Shown piece by piece: positions 1 to 13,398 of a stretch of DNA of 64,000 nucleotides. A program made the translations under genes and the position numbers. Below the pieces are notes generated by a model that saw nothing but the letters and a program-made list of their open reading frames with translations, was not told the DNA's origin and ran no database searches. The stretch covers positions 52,390,001-52,454,000 of the forward strand of contig OX597824.1 of assembly GCA_951406725.2 (NCBI GenBank). The letters run 5' to 3'. Positions within the stretch are counted from its first letter, which is position 1. Every line of letters starts with the position of its first letter. Source of the stretch: Octopus vulgaris (Eukaryota).

Positions 1-71
1 ACTTTTACTGTTCATCATTTTGGACTTGATAAAATAAGCACAAGTAACATATTGGTCTCAGAATTTGACAC

Positions 72-268
72 AAGGCCAGTAGGTTCGGAGCAGGGGTAAG
101 TCGACTATATCGACCCCAGTGCTCAACTAGCACTTATTTTATAGACCCTGAAAGGATGAAAGGTAAAGTCGACCTCGGCGGCACTTGAAATCAGAACGTA
201 AAAACGGACGGAATGCCGCTAAGCATTTTGCCCGGTGTGCTAACAATTCTTCCAGCTCACCACCTTAA
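72..268 (-). mobile_element. tRNA-derived SINE with Meta-SINE-like core
   Basis: The reverse strand reads GGTGAGCTGG..GTTAGCAC (head), then GAGGTCGACTTTACCTTTCATCCTTTCAGGGTC..AAAATAAGT. The same family recurs at ~13005-13398, 31615-31838 and 51640-51760. Confidence 0.75.
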
Positions 269-1926
269 GTAATATATTAGGAATAATCCAATCAAGTATA
301 ACCCTACCAGCAAAATTGGGATTGTGTTTATACATGGTATAGTTCTTGTGTCATTTCTAAGTAGTTGTTGAGTAGAATGTACATTCTTGTCGAGTTGATT
401 CTGAGATCTGGTTTCAATTACCGTCTAACTATCATTTACTTTATTTACACTACTAATATTATTGAAAAAGCTTTCAGTCTCGAGCGGCTCAATCTCATTC
501 CACATTTCTTGTAAAACCATGATCAAGCAACGCCTTCGTTATTTTCTTATATAATTTACTATCCCAACGCATAAATTTATTCACCCACTCCTCCTTATCC
601 TAATCAATCCAGTTTATTTAAGCCCCACACTAGAAGCAAATAACATGTTGAACTGCCTACATATATAACATCAGAACAAAATGAACTTGTCTTCGCTTTA
701 GACCAGATATAAAAAGAAAATTACAAATCTTCCGTTTTTTCTCTCTGCGTCAATGGAAAATAATAAAGCTGATTCATTAGAATAACAAAATTATTCTATT
801 GTCTGATTATATTTAAGATGACGACTTTCTGAGCGAGAAAAATATTTTAAAAATCGTTATTTTTAATATTGTTACAAAAAGAATTTATTTTTAAATGAGA
901 AACGATCGTTTCATCATGAATTCTAATCATGTATTTCTCAAGACATTGAAAAGACTTTATAGAAATAAGCTGAATTTAGAATTTCCCTTAAGGTGTTCCC
1001 ATGCTGACATTTTTCAGAATTTTTTCTGTTTTTTGTTTTAGATTTAAAAATATTTTTTCAAATAATTTCAATGCATTCAGTTCTAAGTAATCTTATTTCA
1101 TTGCATTTCTTGTCTGTGTTGTAACTAAAGACTTTAGCTCTTTCATAAAAGGAAGAGAAAACAATAGCAACAAGCCATTATTTTGTTTTCATCCGATTAA
1201 GAATGAACAAATCGACACACATGTCACGGAACACAAATCCTTGTTTTTGTTTTTTTAATATGCTACTACTTGCTTGTGTACAAATAAATGTTCATGCATA
1301 CTGCAATGTAAAGAATTTTAGTTTTCAAATTGCTTGCTCACAGCCAGCATAGAAATCGATATGTATTGCAAAAAAACACCTCAAATTTGGATTAGATGTC
1401 AACTTTTAAGAAATATAACTCTATCGTTGTGTGTTTGTTGATGAAAAATCTGTATCTGTTGTGTTAATATGATTTACAACAGAAGTGTTTTGTGGAGAAA
1501 TATATTTTAGTTAGGCACAAATGATGTTTCTACTGAGAATTTATGGTATAATTTTCATATTTAATGTATTTTTTAGTATTAAACAAAATCTTAGGCTACT
1601 TACAACTTACACTGCCTGATGTAGTTGACACTATAATTCTATATATCTAAATATGTACTTGGATTCTCGCGAGACATAAGCCTGTATATATATATACATT
1701 TATGCACATACATACATACATACATACATACATACATACATACATACATACACACGACAGGCTTCTTTAAATTTCTATCTACCAAATCCACTAGCAAGAA
1801 GACATGCCCAAGGTGACACACAGAGAGACTGAACCCGCAGCCATGTAGCTAGAAAGCCTGGCAGAAATGTTAGCACGCCGGGTGAAATGCTTAGCAGTAT
1901 TTCGTCTGCCGACCGGTGTCTGCTAC

Positions 1927-1971
1927 TCTAGGCCGATGAAGGACAACGATCCTGAAACACGTGTCCCTAGA
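1927..1971 (+). ncRNA. Type I hammerhead ribozyme motif (U4C core variant)
   Basis: TCTAGG-CCGATGA-AGGA caacga TCCT-GAAA-CACGTG-TC-CCTAGA: 6-bp stem I, 4-bp stem II, palindromic stem III and a GUC cleavage triplet. Confidence 0.8.
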
Positions 1972-2135
1972 TGCAGTTTCGGTAGCCGGGGTGTTTGTCT
2001 CCCCTTCGTATATGTATATAAGGACACAGGGAAAAATGTGTCAAAGCCATCAGGAGGCGTTCGATGCTTCCTAGGGCTATACAGCGGTGGTGTACCCCCT
2101 ACTGTCACGTTCTTGTTAGATTGACAGTATACAAC

Positions 2136-2188
<53 letters not shown>

Positions 2189-3631
2189 TAGATAGCAGGT
2201 AGGCACCTTGTGTACCCTTATGATAAATATAAATTTTAATTCTATAGCTATCTAATGTTTTTAAGGCCTTCAACCACCTACATTATTGTTGTTATTATCA
2301 ACTATTTATAATTACCGCAGATAGAAATAACAATAATAATATATATATAAATATTCACTTATGAATATTTACTCCTTATTAGTATATTTGCACTGAAGTG
2401 GTTCTGATTTAGGCGCAAAATAATTCAGAACGCCGGCAGACTTCAACGTGAGTAGTGAAACATTTTTACCGCCAGAACTAGAAATCATGGTCCAAGTGTA
2501 TCCAAATGCCAAAATAGGATATCTAGCATTGGGCTGTATTCAGTATGCTAAATTTATTTGACCCGTTCGCCTGCATGCGGTTGCTTTTCTGTTTAATTAT
2601 TCAGTGTTATTGGTGGTTTAACTAAGAGTTTTTGCTCTTCTTTGTAGCAGGTAAGTACCTTGTGTGCCTTGTTATATGTATATATATAAACTCACATGAA
2701 TACACACACACACAAATGTAAACACATACATAAACACACCCTCACATTTATATAAAAGATAGATAGACAGATATGGTATCTTCAATATACATATTTCACC
2801 AAAAATTTTCTTGAATGAAGCAAATTAAGGTTCTATAGGCAAATCTCCAGACACTATATAGTTTACAAATATTTGCTTTAAAATCTGAACAATTGAACAA
2901 CAACAATATCAGTAACAGCTCCAACAAACTTACAGATTTTACAATAGAAGTTAAACCAATCAACAAAGGGATTAAAATAATCAGAACTGGTCCAAAGAAA
3001 CAGTGCATTTTAAGACCGTTCTTATGAATTTCCATATTTCATGAGTAACTCATATTTACATATATTTCATGTTCCTGGATACCATCAAATACAATGATAT
3101 TCATAGGTGAGAGAGAGAGAGAGAGAGAGAGAGTAAGTGAGAGTGAGAGAGAGAGAGAATGAGTTCTTTTTATAAAATACAGTGAACTCATACACAGAGG
3201 CACCACACTTATAAATAACCCCAAATTCCATAGATTTATCTATATATGTAAATATCAATATGGATAGTTATAAAAATAGATAATAACACAGGGATATATA
3301 CACACAACACAAGCATGCTAAGATGTGTGTTTGTGTGTCAGTATATGAATGTGTATATAAACATACATATCTATAACATATATAAAATAACACACACATG
3401 TATAATGAGAAAGGGAGGGAGAGAAAGATCTGAGGTAGGAGAAAAAGATAAAATATATATTTACTGTTGTATGAATTGTATTGTTTTGTATTCTATTTTT
3501 CTACTTAATGTTGACAAGTATATCTCTTAATTCGGCAGTTGCCATAGCAACGTTCCAGAGAAATGTGTCATGTTTATTCGTTTTCCAAGGAATACACACA
3601 CTCACACATAATGTATATATACACGTAGATT

Positions 3632-3700
<69 letters not shown>

Positions 3701-3749
3701 AACTATCTCACGATATATATATATATACATACATAAATATATATATATC

Positions 3750-4033
3750 ACCGTGACCGACCAGGCTATCAGATGTTGCTACACATCGCTGGTCACAATG
3801 CGCTTCGCATTGTTTTAGCCTTCAAATGACGCCACCCCGCTGGCTAAGTGAGCAGGCCAACAGAAGAAAGAGTGAGAGAAAGTTGTGGCGAAAGGGTACA
3901 GCAGGGATCGCCACAAAACCCCGCCGGAGCCGCGTGGAGCTTTAGGTCTTTTCGCCCAATAAACACTTACAACGCCCGGTCTGGGAATCGAAACCGCGAG
4001 TTCGCTGCCCTAACCACTGGGCCATTGCGTCTC
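3750..4033 (-). mobile_element. tRNA-derived SINE (same head as 46562 copy)
   Basis: The reverse strand starts GGAGACGCAATGGCCCAGTGGTTAGGGCAGCG..GGTTTCGATTCCCAGACCGGGCG, with A and B boxes. Confidence 0.75.
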
Positions 4034-4049
4034 CCACACACACACATAC

Positions 4050-4128
<79 letters not shown>

Positions 4129-4954
4129 TAATATGTTGTAAGTTAACCACCAACACAATCAGCATACTCAGTTAATATTCATAACACATTTAAATATTTA
4201 TTAAAATATAGGTTGCTCTAAATACATCAACTCATGACTTGAAGCCTGACTGTAATTTATTGTGCTGCATCACTACTTCTTTGCTAAATCTTATTTATTC
4301 TAACTGCACTAACTCTCTCTTGAGAGATCTACCTCCGATCCATGATGATCGATCCATCAGCTCCAAAATAATTGCTTCATAACTGCAGTCGTTGAAGAAT
4401 ATACATTCAGTTAGTAGCTATTTAGAATCTGTTTTTACGTCGAATCTAAACGACCGATCGAAAACTTTGATCCCTTATTTTGTTCATATTCTCTCGCCTG
4501 ACAGCATACATATCGAGATACTAGCTGAATGACATGGTACGTTTTGTCCAAATTCATACTTGCGCATTCAGAACACCCCTTTCTTTCCAGTCAAATTCGT
4601 GCAACCATCTGAAGAGGTTTGCGAGCTCTTTTAAATACCGTCTGCTATTTGTACACAATCACAATGTACATTGAAAATTCCATTTCAGACACCCAGTATC
4701 ATTAATGAGCGAAAATGCCTCTAGACGGCTGAAAACAATCTGAAGACCTGTATTGGACCGTTGTCTAAACGCGCTGCGTTCGCTGCTGTTCATGTCCAGA
4801 ACTACCCCTTTGCTGTCCACATCCTGGAATATCGCTTGATCTGAATGATGCATATCGCTCGCACTATAAAAGTCTAAATAGCGGCATGAGATCGTTAAAT
4901 AGGTGACAGGGCCTGCATGTGGGTGCAGATCACACGCATTTGCTCAACTAACTT

Positions 4955-5569
4955 GTATGTGCAGATGAACCGTAACAGCTGCAACAATTTAGCCACACAT
5001 CATCAATAGCGACACTATCTCGATTACTATCATAACCAGTTCCAACTCCTCAAATTTCTCGGAGGAGGAGAGATCTTGGACCTGAATCTTGAGCACCAAA
5101 GACACCTACTGCTTTTCTCTGTATTTTCTATTTTTACTAAGGTTATTATACTTGTGAGTTTTGATGTTGTTGATGTTACTGTTGTCATTGTTGTTGTTGC
5201 TGATACTGTTGCGGTTCCTGATTTAATTATCGTTTATATTTACGTTGGTCTGGTGCATGACTTTCCCCGTTATTTCTTTGTAATTATTGGACAACTGAAA
5301 CATATTCAGATACATATATACATACACACTCACACACATATACATTAGTATTACACACGCACACATACACACGCGCACACACCCACACACACACAACAAT
5401 GAGGGTTTCCACTTTTCCATTTCTTTCTCCTCCCCCTCCCCCTCCTCCTCCTCCTCTTCCGAGAAATCTAAGGAGTGGGAACTGGTTACGATAGTAATCG
5501 AAATAGCGTCGCTATTGATGACGACGTGTGGTTAAATTGTTGCAACTGCAACGGTTCATCTGCACATAC
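4955..5569. repeat. Diverged inverted repeat, ~115-bp arms with ~380-bp spacer
   Basis: 4955-5069 is the reverse complement of 5451-5569, with scattered mismatches and a 3-nt indel. Confidence 0.85.
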
Positions 5570-6559
5570 TAGGAATTTTTACTAAGGTGGCGCTGATATC
5601 GCTGTCACATCACTATAGTCAACAATGCTGGTATTGAGGCTGGAAGTTCAAGCTGAACAGGTGATTTTGTTCGGGGTTTTGTCCACCATCGAATTCTTTT
5701 GCTATTATAATGGACACCATGCAGATTTCAGAAATTTACAAACTTTATTTCACTTTAAACAAGACAAGTTGACTCCCTTTGGGAGGGAAAATAACTCACC
5801 TCCGCACACAATGACATTTTTTTCTAATAATCAATAAAAGGAAATGCGACAATTCATTCATTAACCAGGTGAACAAATGACAGCTCCAACAAAACTCACA
5901 AAACATACTCTACACGATCAAAACTCAATTAAATTACACAACTCCCACGCCTCTATTACACAACACTATAGCACTAACAAGTCACACAGCACATTTTCTA
6001 CACCACATAAGCAGACTCACCGCAATCACCACCTGATACTAAATCATACAAACACAAGAAACATAATCAACGCCCACCAAAACACATCGCACTCTACACA
6101 TACTTTACACAACCGAACAAGCAGAAAAATAGCAAAACAAATACCACAACAAAGCAGTGATGATGTAGCATGCAGACAGCTTTTCATTCACCCCGCTCCC
6201 ACAAACACACACAAAAGATATCACAGCACACATCCCAGGAATAGTGAGATGCACCCCAAAATACAGTAGATACCTAAAATTACCGAAAAAATTATAATGA
6301 CAATGATAATAAGAAGCGAAAAGGATAACAATAATAATTTTTTTTATTGTACCACAAGAACACTTCCATATATACCGAAACGTGTAACATAAAAGTTTTA
6401 CAAGATCATGAGTAGAGGTACGTTTATAGATAAATGAAACAAGATGTCGGACAAGGAAGGGAGCGAGCATATGCAATTCTTTGAATCATTTTTTAATATT
6501 ATATATTTTAATATATATATACCAGTAAACGTACCCATCCTTGGACGGTGTAATTTATT

Positions 6560-6888
6560 GAAGGCGCGTGGCTTAGTCGTTAGGGGATTCGGCTCACGAT
6601 CGTAAGGTCATGAGTTCAATTTTCCGTGACGCGCTATGTCCTTGAGCAAGACACTTTATTCCACGTTACTCCAGTCCACTCAGTTGGCAAAAATGAGAAG
6701 TGCCTGTATTTCAAAGGGCCAGCCATGTCCCATTTTGAGTCAAGGTGAATCTCCCTGGGAACTACGTTAAGGGTACACGTGTCTGTGGAGTACTTAGCCA
6801 CTTGCACGTTAATTTCACATCAAGCTGTTCTGTTGATCGGATCAACTGGAGCCCTGGTCGTCGTAACCGACGGAGTGCCAGTAAGTAA
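6560..6888 (+). mobile_element. tRNA-derived SINE nested in the Helitron
   Basis: Head GGCGCGTGGCTTAGTCGTTAGG..GAGTTCAAT, tail GTCGTCGTAACCGACGGAGTGCC, and TSD GTAATTTATT at 6550-6559 and 6889-6898. Confidence 0.8.
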
Positions 6889-6949
6889 GTAATTTATTAT
6901 AATGACACACTCCTAAGCCCATGCAGTGAACATTAATGCATCATTCAAA

Positions 6950-7540
6950 GCCTGACGATTTGTGCGCTGTGCTGGTGATCCTGTATCACTTGCAGCAGCA
7001 GTAGTATCAGCATTACGCTTCCATCGGCTGATGCCTGTGCTGGTGAATCTGCAGCCCGTGCAGCAGCAGTACTTTTAGATTACGTGCCCTCCGGGATATG
7101 CATTGTTGTGGTGACTGTGAATCCCTTGCAGCAGCAGTAGTTTCAGCATTACGCTTCCTTCGGGCTGTGAGCTGTTATGGAGAGTCTGCAGCCGTTGCAG
7201 CTGAAGCATTTTTAGCAAGACGCACAAACCAGATAGCCCGTTGTTGAGGTGACTCTGCAGCCCTTGCAGCTGAAGCATTTTTGGCAAGATGCGTCAACGA
7301 GATAGTCCGTTGTTGAGGTGACTCGGTAGCCCTGGCAGCAGCAACAGTTGCAGCATGACGGGCTCGGAGGGCCACAAGCTCTTCTTCAGACTTTAAGCCT
7401 TAATGGTTGCAGAAGTCGCAGGTGCGTAGGCAGCTTATTGGGACAAGCTGTGGGACGTCTGGTCCTGAGTTTCGTTATGCCTTTAATGGCAGCGTGGAAC
7501 AGTCTACCAATGCAAACTCTCTTTCGCCTAGGTGGCATTG
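6950..7540 (-). pseudogene. Helitron N-terminal ORF remnant with ~22-aa (66-bp) tandem repeats
   Basis: It starts MPPRRKRVCIGR and then carries repeats such as ESPQQRAIWFVRLAKNASAARAA, disrupted by stops and frameshifts. Confidence 0.55.
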
Positions 7541-8399
7541 CAGGGTTATCTGTAAAATGAAGTTAGAGGGAAGGGGTGGTTAAATCGAATGCCTGATTAA
7601 TGTTTGTCGTATTATTGTTTGCTGAGAGAGTTCAGAAAATTGTCACAATGGATTTAGGAAGGGTTGAGACGTTTGAGCCTTAGGGTATTCTGACTAAACA
7701 TTGTCTTAAAGCATTCATATAATAACTAAAAGTTGATTTAAATTTCATGGCTACCTCAAGGAAGTGCTAACGTGCAAATATCGGCAGTTTGCGGTGAATG
7801 GATGGGTATTGTAAAAACAGTATAACTGTCACAACTTGGTATGAGCAAAAGCAGAGAATATATATAATACGGATTAATTTCCGAAGGCATTTAAAAAATA
7901 ATTAAAAGTTGATCTAAACTGCATGGCTATCTGAAGGAAGTGCTAATGTGCAAATATCGGCGGTTTACAGTGAATATGTATTGTAAAAACTGTAGTTGAA
8001 GACGAAGTGAAAGTAACTTAATTACATCAGCAAGAATAATGCTCCTTGAAGCAACGATCGTTAGTGTTTGTTATTTACCTATGAGAAGGTGTTTTCGTCC
8101 CCTAGGGGCGACATTATATATTATGTGGAAACTTTGAAGAGTTTATGACGATCTCTGGAACATAAGTGATATATGTTCCTAGCTTAAACGAAATCGGATG
8201 AAAAATACTGCACACACACACACACACACACATCTTCAGTTTTATTATATACAAGATATATACACACATATATACAAGTATATGTGCATGCATGCATACA
8301 TACATACATACATACATACATACATACATACTTATATATATATACATACATACGTTCATAGATACATACATAAATACACACATACATATCTGGTGAACA

Positions 8400-9060
8400 A
8401 GAGAGACAGTGCAGGCTATGTCATGCTTCTGTGGAAGACATCGCGCATGTGATTAGCAGCCGTACTAAAATGTCGTCACGGTACTACCTTCCTATGCGGC
8501 ACGATGTTGTTGTTAAAACAATTAACAATGCCATCCCCAAAAAAGACTGTCCTGAAATAAACAGAAAAACCTTATGCTATGAAATGCATTCATAAACACC
8601 AACTCAAGGAATACTGGTGAAATATTCCCATCAAAACTTCTGTCAAATGTAAACATAACAGGCCAGATATTGTTGTTTGGAAAGAGGGGCAAAAGTTTGT
8701 ATCATCACAGAAGTCAGCTACCCTGCAGATATAAATATCTATTTGAAAATCAAAGAGGATAACTACGGAGAATTGCCTCGAGACCTCCAGCTTCTATATC
8801 CAGACTATGAATTCATATTTATACCAATAATAATTGGAGCCCTAGGTTTTGTTAGTAAATGCTTAAAGGAGAATCTGGATAAACTAGGATTTTCAGAAAG
8901 AGAAATTGACCGGCTGATTCGTACATTACAAGTGCAATCTGTGAGTGGAACAGTAAAAATATATAAGACTTTTCTCAAGTTCCAAATGTGAATTTGTCTG
9001 TGTTAACTACATCCCAAAGATGTAACCGTGTATCTTTGTTGAAAACCGGCTCCCTCCTCA
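8400..9060 (+). mobile_element. 3' fragment of an REL-endonuclease non-LTR retrotransposon
   Basis: Reads RHDVVVK..., KHNRPDIVVW, IITEVSYPAD and PIIIGALG (ORF 8677-8991), which is the PD-(D/E)xK-type C-terminus. Confidence 0.7.
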
Positions 9061-9385
9061 GTGGGATATATTTATTATAATTAAAAAATAGAAGTGACAT
9101 TCATACATACATACATACATACATACATACATTCATTTTTATCATGCTTTGACTGTTCTGTCTCCTGGAAACCCGGAAAGAGAGAGTGAAGATATCTCAA
9201 CTACTGGACGTGTTCCATCGACGATGCCTATGTTCAACGCTGGGCATCTCTTACCAGTACAAAGTGAGAAACTAACAAGTGATTGGAAGAGCTGGTATAG
9301 GATGATTGGAGGACTTCATATACATATATATATATATATCTATACTTGGAAATGGATACGTGGCGTTTAATCATATAATAATATA

Positions 9386-9430
<45 letters not shown>

Positions 9431-9844
9431 TATGCATCTATACATGCATACATAGGTACAGGACGTCTAATAAAACGTGAATAAAACAAAAACATGGAAA
9501 ACGAACTTTGTTTTCGAACAAGGAAAGAAAAAAAATAGAGAAACGAGACAGGCAACATAAAGAACATTCCCTTCATCAGTTGTCCCCTGTTTTATGTACT
9601 CCATGTTTCGAATGTAGGGATAAGATGCGACTTCGTTAAAGCAGTCGTTCCCGCAAAGCAAATTTATAAAAAAATTATGATTTGCTGAGGGTTAAAGTGG
9701 TGACAAAAACAGGACAGTGAGAACAAAACAGTAAAGCTGTGCACTGAGTCAACCCCACTCACTAAGCAACAGCAGCCATAATTCGAAAAGAAGAACAAGT
9801 CAACATCATCGGTAACCACTGAGCTTCAGGTTTTATATCGGAGT

Positions 9845-10184
9845 TATCTCAGTTACCTGAGTTACCTTCTCCTAGAAGGATGCCCTAACAAAGGCTAGGA
9901 GTCCTTCACTCCCAATGGTTTAACCGCGCGATCGGATATTCAGTCCGATTATTTCTATGTCCCCGCGCATGATACAGCCTTAAGACATTTATTGGATGGC
10001 CGTTGACTCTCAAGAGTTCCTCCGCCCTTTGACGGGTTTTGTTTTTTATCCCGCAGGGTGTCCAATAAATACCTTCCTCACCAAGCAAGCTTGGTGGGGT
10101 TGCCGGTTTAGTCGACGACGACCCGACCATGCAACAGGCTGCACTGGGTTACATGTTATCAGTAGCACTCGAAAGTGACCTGAC
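9845..10184 (-). mobile_element. RTE-type LINE 5'UTR fragment with candidate HDV-like ribozyme
   Basis: GC-richer block between microsatellite and AT-rich flanks, ending in an AGGAGAAGGTAACTC-like motif. An HDV-like fold is possible at 10103-10180. Confidence 0.4.
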
Positions 10185-10829
10185 ATACATACATACATAC
10201 ATACATACATAAATGTATACATACATGCATACATCCATACATACATAATACATACATACATGCATGCATTATTCTGTACAGAGTAATACCTAACAAAATA
10301 ACAAGCAAATTATATAGTTTTTCTATTAGAGTTAAAGTCGTTGTAGAAAAGAGGTGGCGTTTCTTAATAGAATTAGTGATGTGAGTTGACCAACGGGCAA
10401 AATCTGAAGTGACCGGCCTAGTGGAGTAACTGAGCGTTGTCTTACAACTGGAGTAACTGGGCGTTGGTTGACAAATGCAATACTCAATAAACGATAGTAG
10501 AACACTTTGAAGTGACCGAGTAGAATTTATATGATTAAGCAAAGCAGTAGCGGAGTAAATTAAAAGAGGTGGTTATGAAAGACATAGTGAACAGTGTGCT
10601 GGTAGCGAGAATGTTCGTTTTCTTTCTTCCACGCGTGTGATTTACGATACATACGATCGACAGCCATGAGAGGGGTTCGGTTGATAGAAGCACAATTCAA
10701 TGTTTGTTAGACTGAGACAAGCATTATTTCATTGATTCCAGACTGGTGTGTGCAGCTTTCCACCAGCACATTTTCCCAACCGTTTGGGGGATAGTAAACA
10801 GTCTACTGCAGATACGAAATGTTAAAAAA

Positions 10830-12660
10830 AACAATGATATCAGCTGAGACAAGGACTGTGCTAAGTGGTAGTGCTTGTAAAAATGGTCTATTTTGAGAAT
10901 TTGACCTATGAGTTTTATGCATATATGTCAAACATGTTCACTGACGTCTTGGTAGATGTTCACTGCAAATGGCATCAGAACTGGCTAATTCCCAGTTATG
11001 TAAGCAAATAAATGACTGAGAAAAGAAGCAAAGAGGCCGTAATTTGTAATTTTTTTCCTTAACATTTTTGAATGCTGGTTTTCTGTCTATATATCTTGTG
11101 TGGGTTGGTCATATAAACCACAAACTTTTGTCCTCTCTAATTGTTCTAACAAATAATACTTCTTGGTAGGTCTGGATAATATGGAATTGTTAGTGTTTTC
11201 GAGATATCCAATCGATATCTATAAGACAGTTGAAACTGTCTGATCGGCTAAACCCATACAATAACATGGCGCATTTAGGGATAGTAGTAAAACCATTATT
11301 CTAGACTGCGGTGTTCATTACTATGATTCCTGCAGCTTCTTCTTGCTGTTGTGGGAATTTCTGCTGTTGTGATTAGTGGTGGTGCTGCCAGTTTTTGTCA
11401 TTACTGTCGCTTCTATTAAAGTTGTTACTGGGGTGCTACGGTTTCTGGTGTTGGCACAGGATTGTACTCTTCTTTCTCACTGGATGATAGTCGGTCCTCT
11501 GGTGTTTGGTGTTACTACAACCCCCATCTGATCTCTTCTGCCGAGGTGAATGCAATCGGAGACTGTTGAGAAAAATGCAGAAGTGTGCGCCAATCGGAGC
11601 TCTAGCTGAATCCCAGATCAGTTTTGGGGGAATGATTGACTTGGACTTGATTTCGTCCCGTAGGTCTTTCTAGACTTGTTTGTATTGGATATTTGAATAG
11701 AGAGATGTGTCATATACGGTGAATTTAGTCGCAAGTTTGCTCACATAGGAAAGCAGCAAGACGTAGTCTTCAGAGTTATCGATAGTCCTCTTGACTGTTC
11801 GTCATTGATACATGATGCTGAAATGATCCGAATACCTTGCCTTTATTACGTACCAAGTGGCATCCAATACTTCTAGACAACTTACAGCTTGTTGTCTATA
11901 TGTTTAATTTCAAGGTTGATGTACTTGTAGAATATAGTCGCCTCTATTTCTGCTCTATAGCATCTTTGGGAGCATTGACAGACAACGGTAACGTTCACAA
12001 AATAGGGGATTTGTTTACGTGAGTTGCTTTAGCGAAACCACGGCCCTAAAGGTGCTGACAGCTCGCAAATCAGGTTCACTCGTCACGTTTTTCATAGTAG
12101 TGGGGTTAGAGCTGTGTGGTGGTCGTAATGGGGGGAAAGGTTGGGTTGTGAAGCTGCTCTTTTGTCGCTGCTAATTTTGTTCCTTCTCTCCAATCTTCCG
12201 TACTTCAGTAGTCTTATTTTTCTCTCATGTAGTTGTTATTTTCCTTTTCTTTACTTTCGGGCTATAGTTGTTGCTTTTGACTCTAATGTTTATGCTGCTG
12301 TTGATGTCATTATTGCAGCTGCCAGTTGTTGCTATACAGCTGTTAATCTAGTTGTTGTAGTTCTTGTGGCTGCTGCAAATACCATTTTCCATTCAAATAT
12401 GCCAGTAAGAGTTGGTAGAGTTTGTGTTGGTAAGTAGTAAGGAGGGTTGGAGATTTTTCATTATTAAGTGGAGAAGGAGAAAAAGGAACAGCAAAGTCAA
12501 TCCCACTGTTTTAACCATTTCCTTCTTTCCTCACTGTTTTGCTAGCTAGTATTGTTTCCGCTATGTTTATACTTGAAATTTTTACAATAAAATTTTCACA
12601 TTAAAAATATAGCCCCAAGAGGCTGCGAACAAGAGAAATTTGTCAATGCGTTAGGGACAT
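10830..12660 (-). mobile_element. Decayed L1/Tx1-like ORF1-only element (tentative)
   Basis: It has the same compositional layout as the 18020-19810 and 56129-58181 elements (A/C-rich T/Q/N linkers on the minus strand). No intact motif remains. Confidence 0.3.
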
Positions 12661-12808
12661 GGTCGGTTCTGCAACGAAACAGAACAAAACATTAACAACA
12701 ATTTCCTCAAAGCAAACAGCAATTATTCTCAAAATTGCAGAACGAAGGTTGTTGTTCGCCCTTACAGAATTAGCAGGAGGAATTGAAATCAAGAGTTCTG
12801 AGAAGTGA

Positions 12809-12998
<190 letters not shown>

Positions 12999-13004
12999 AT
13001 ATTT

Positions 13005-13398
13005 TCAAATTTTACCACAAGGGCTGCAATTTTGTGGGAGGGGATAAGTCGATTACATCGACTCCAGTGTTCATTGGTACTTATTTTATTCACCTCGAAA
13101 CGATAAAAGGTAAAACTGACTTCGGCGGAATTTAAGCTCAGAACTTAGTGACGGGCGAAATACCTATTCCTTTACTGCCCACAAGGGGCTACACACAGAG
13201 GGGACAAACAAGGACAGACAAACGGATTAAGCCGAGTATATCGACCCCAGTGCGTAACTGGTACTTATTTAATCGACCCCGAAAGGATGAAAGGCAAAGT
13301 CGACCTCGGCGGAACTTGAACTCAGAACGTAACGGCAGATGAATACCGCAAAGTATTTCGCACGCCATGCTAATGATTCTACCAGCTCGCCACCTTAT
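13005..13398 (-). mobile_element. Two adjacent or nested Meta-like tRNA SINE copies
   Basis: GTCGATT..CGAC(T/C)CCAGTG..TGGTACTTATT..AAAGG..CGGCGGAA occurs twice, and the head ends at ~13398. Confidence 0.75.

Larger units (their letters stand above)
6522..8256 (-). mobile_element. Non-autonomous Helitron
   Basis: On the minus strand it begins 5'-TC (8256) and ends CTGG-3' (CTRR, 6522). A subterminal hairpin CCGTCC-AA-GGATGG lies ~10 nt from the 3' end, and the insertion is between A and T. It carries an internal 66-bp coding minisatellite. Confidence 0.7.

Noticed and set aside
2388-2497. HHR-like CTGAAGT-GGTTCTG...CAGAACT-AGAAATCATGGTC
   Set aside because: A9 is substituted, there is an extra base before GAAA, and stem I does not pair.
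2796-3035. Hydrophobic 79-aa minus-strand ORF
   Set aside because: No recognisable domain or splice support. The hydrophobicity is explained by T-richness.
4200-4950. Possible decayed mariner fragment on the minus strand
   Set aside because: Only faint HTH-like traces, with no TIRs or catalytic motif to support a call.
6340-6395. GAAACGTGTA hammerhead half-box
   Set aside because: No CUGANGA box upstream.
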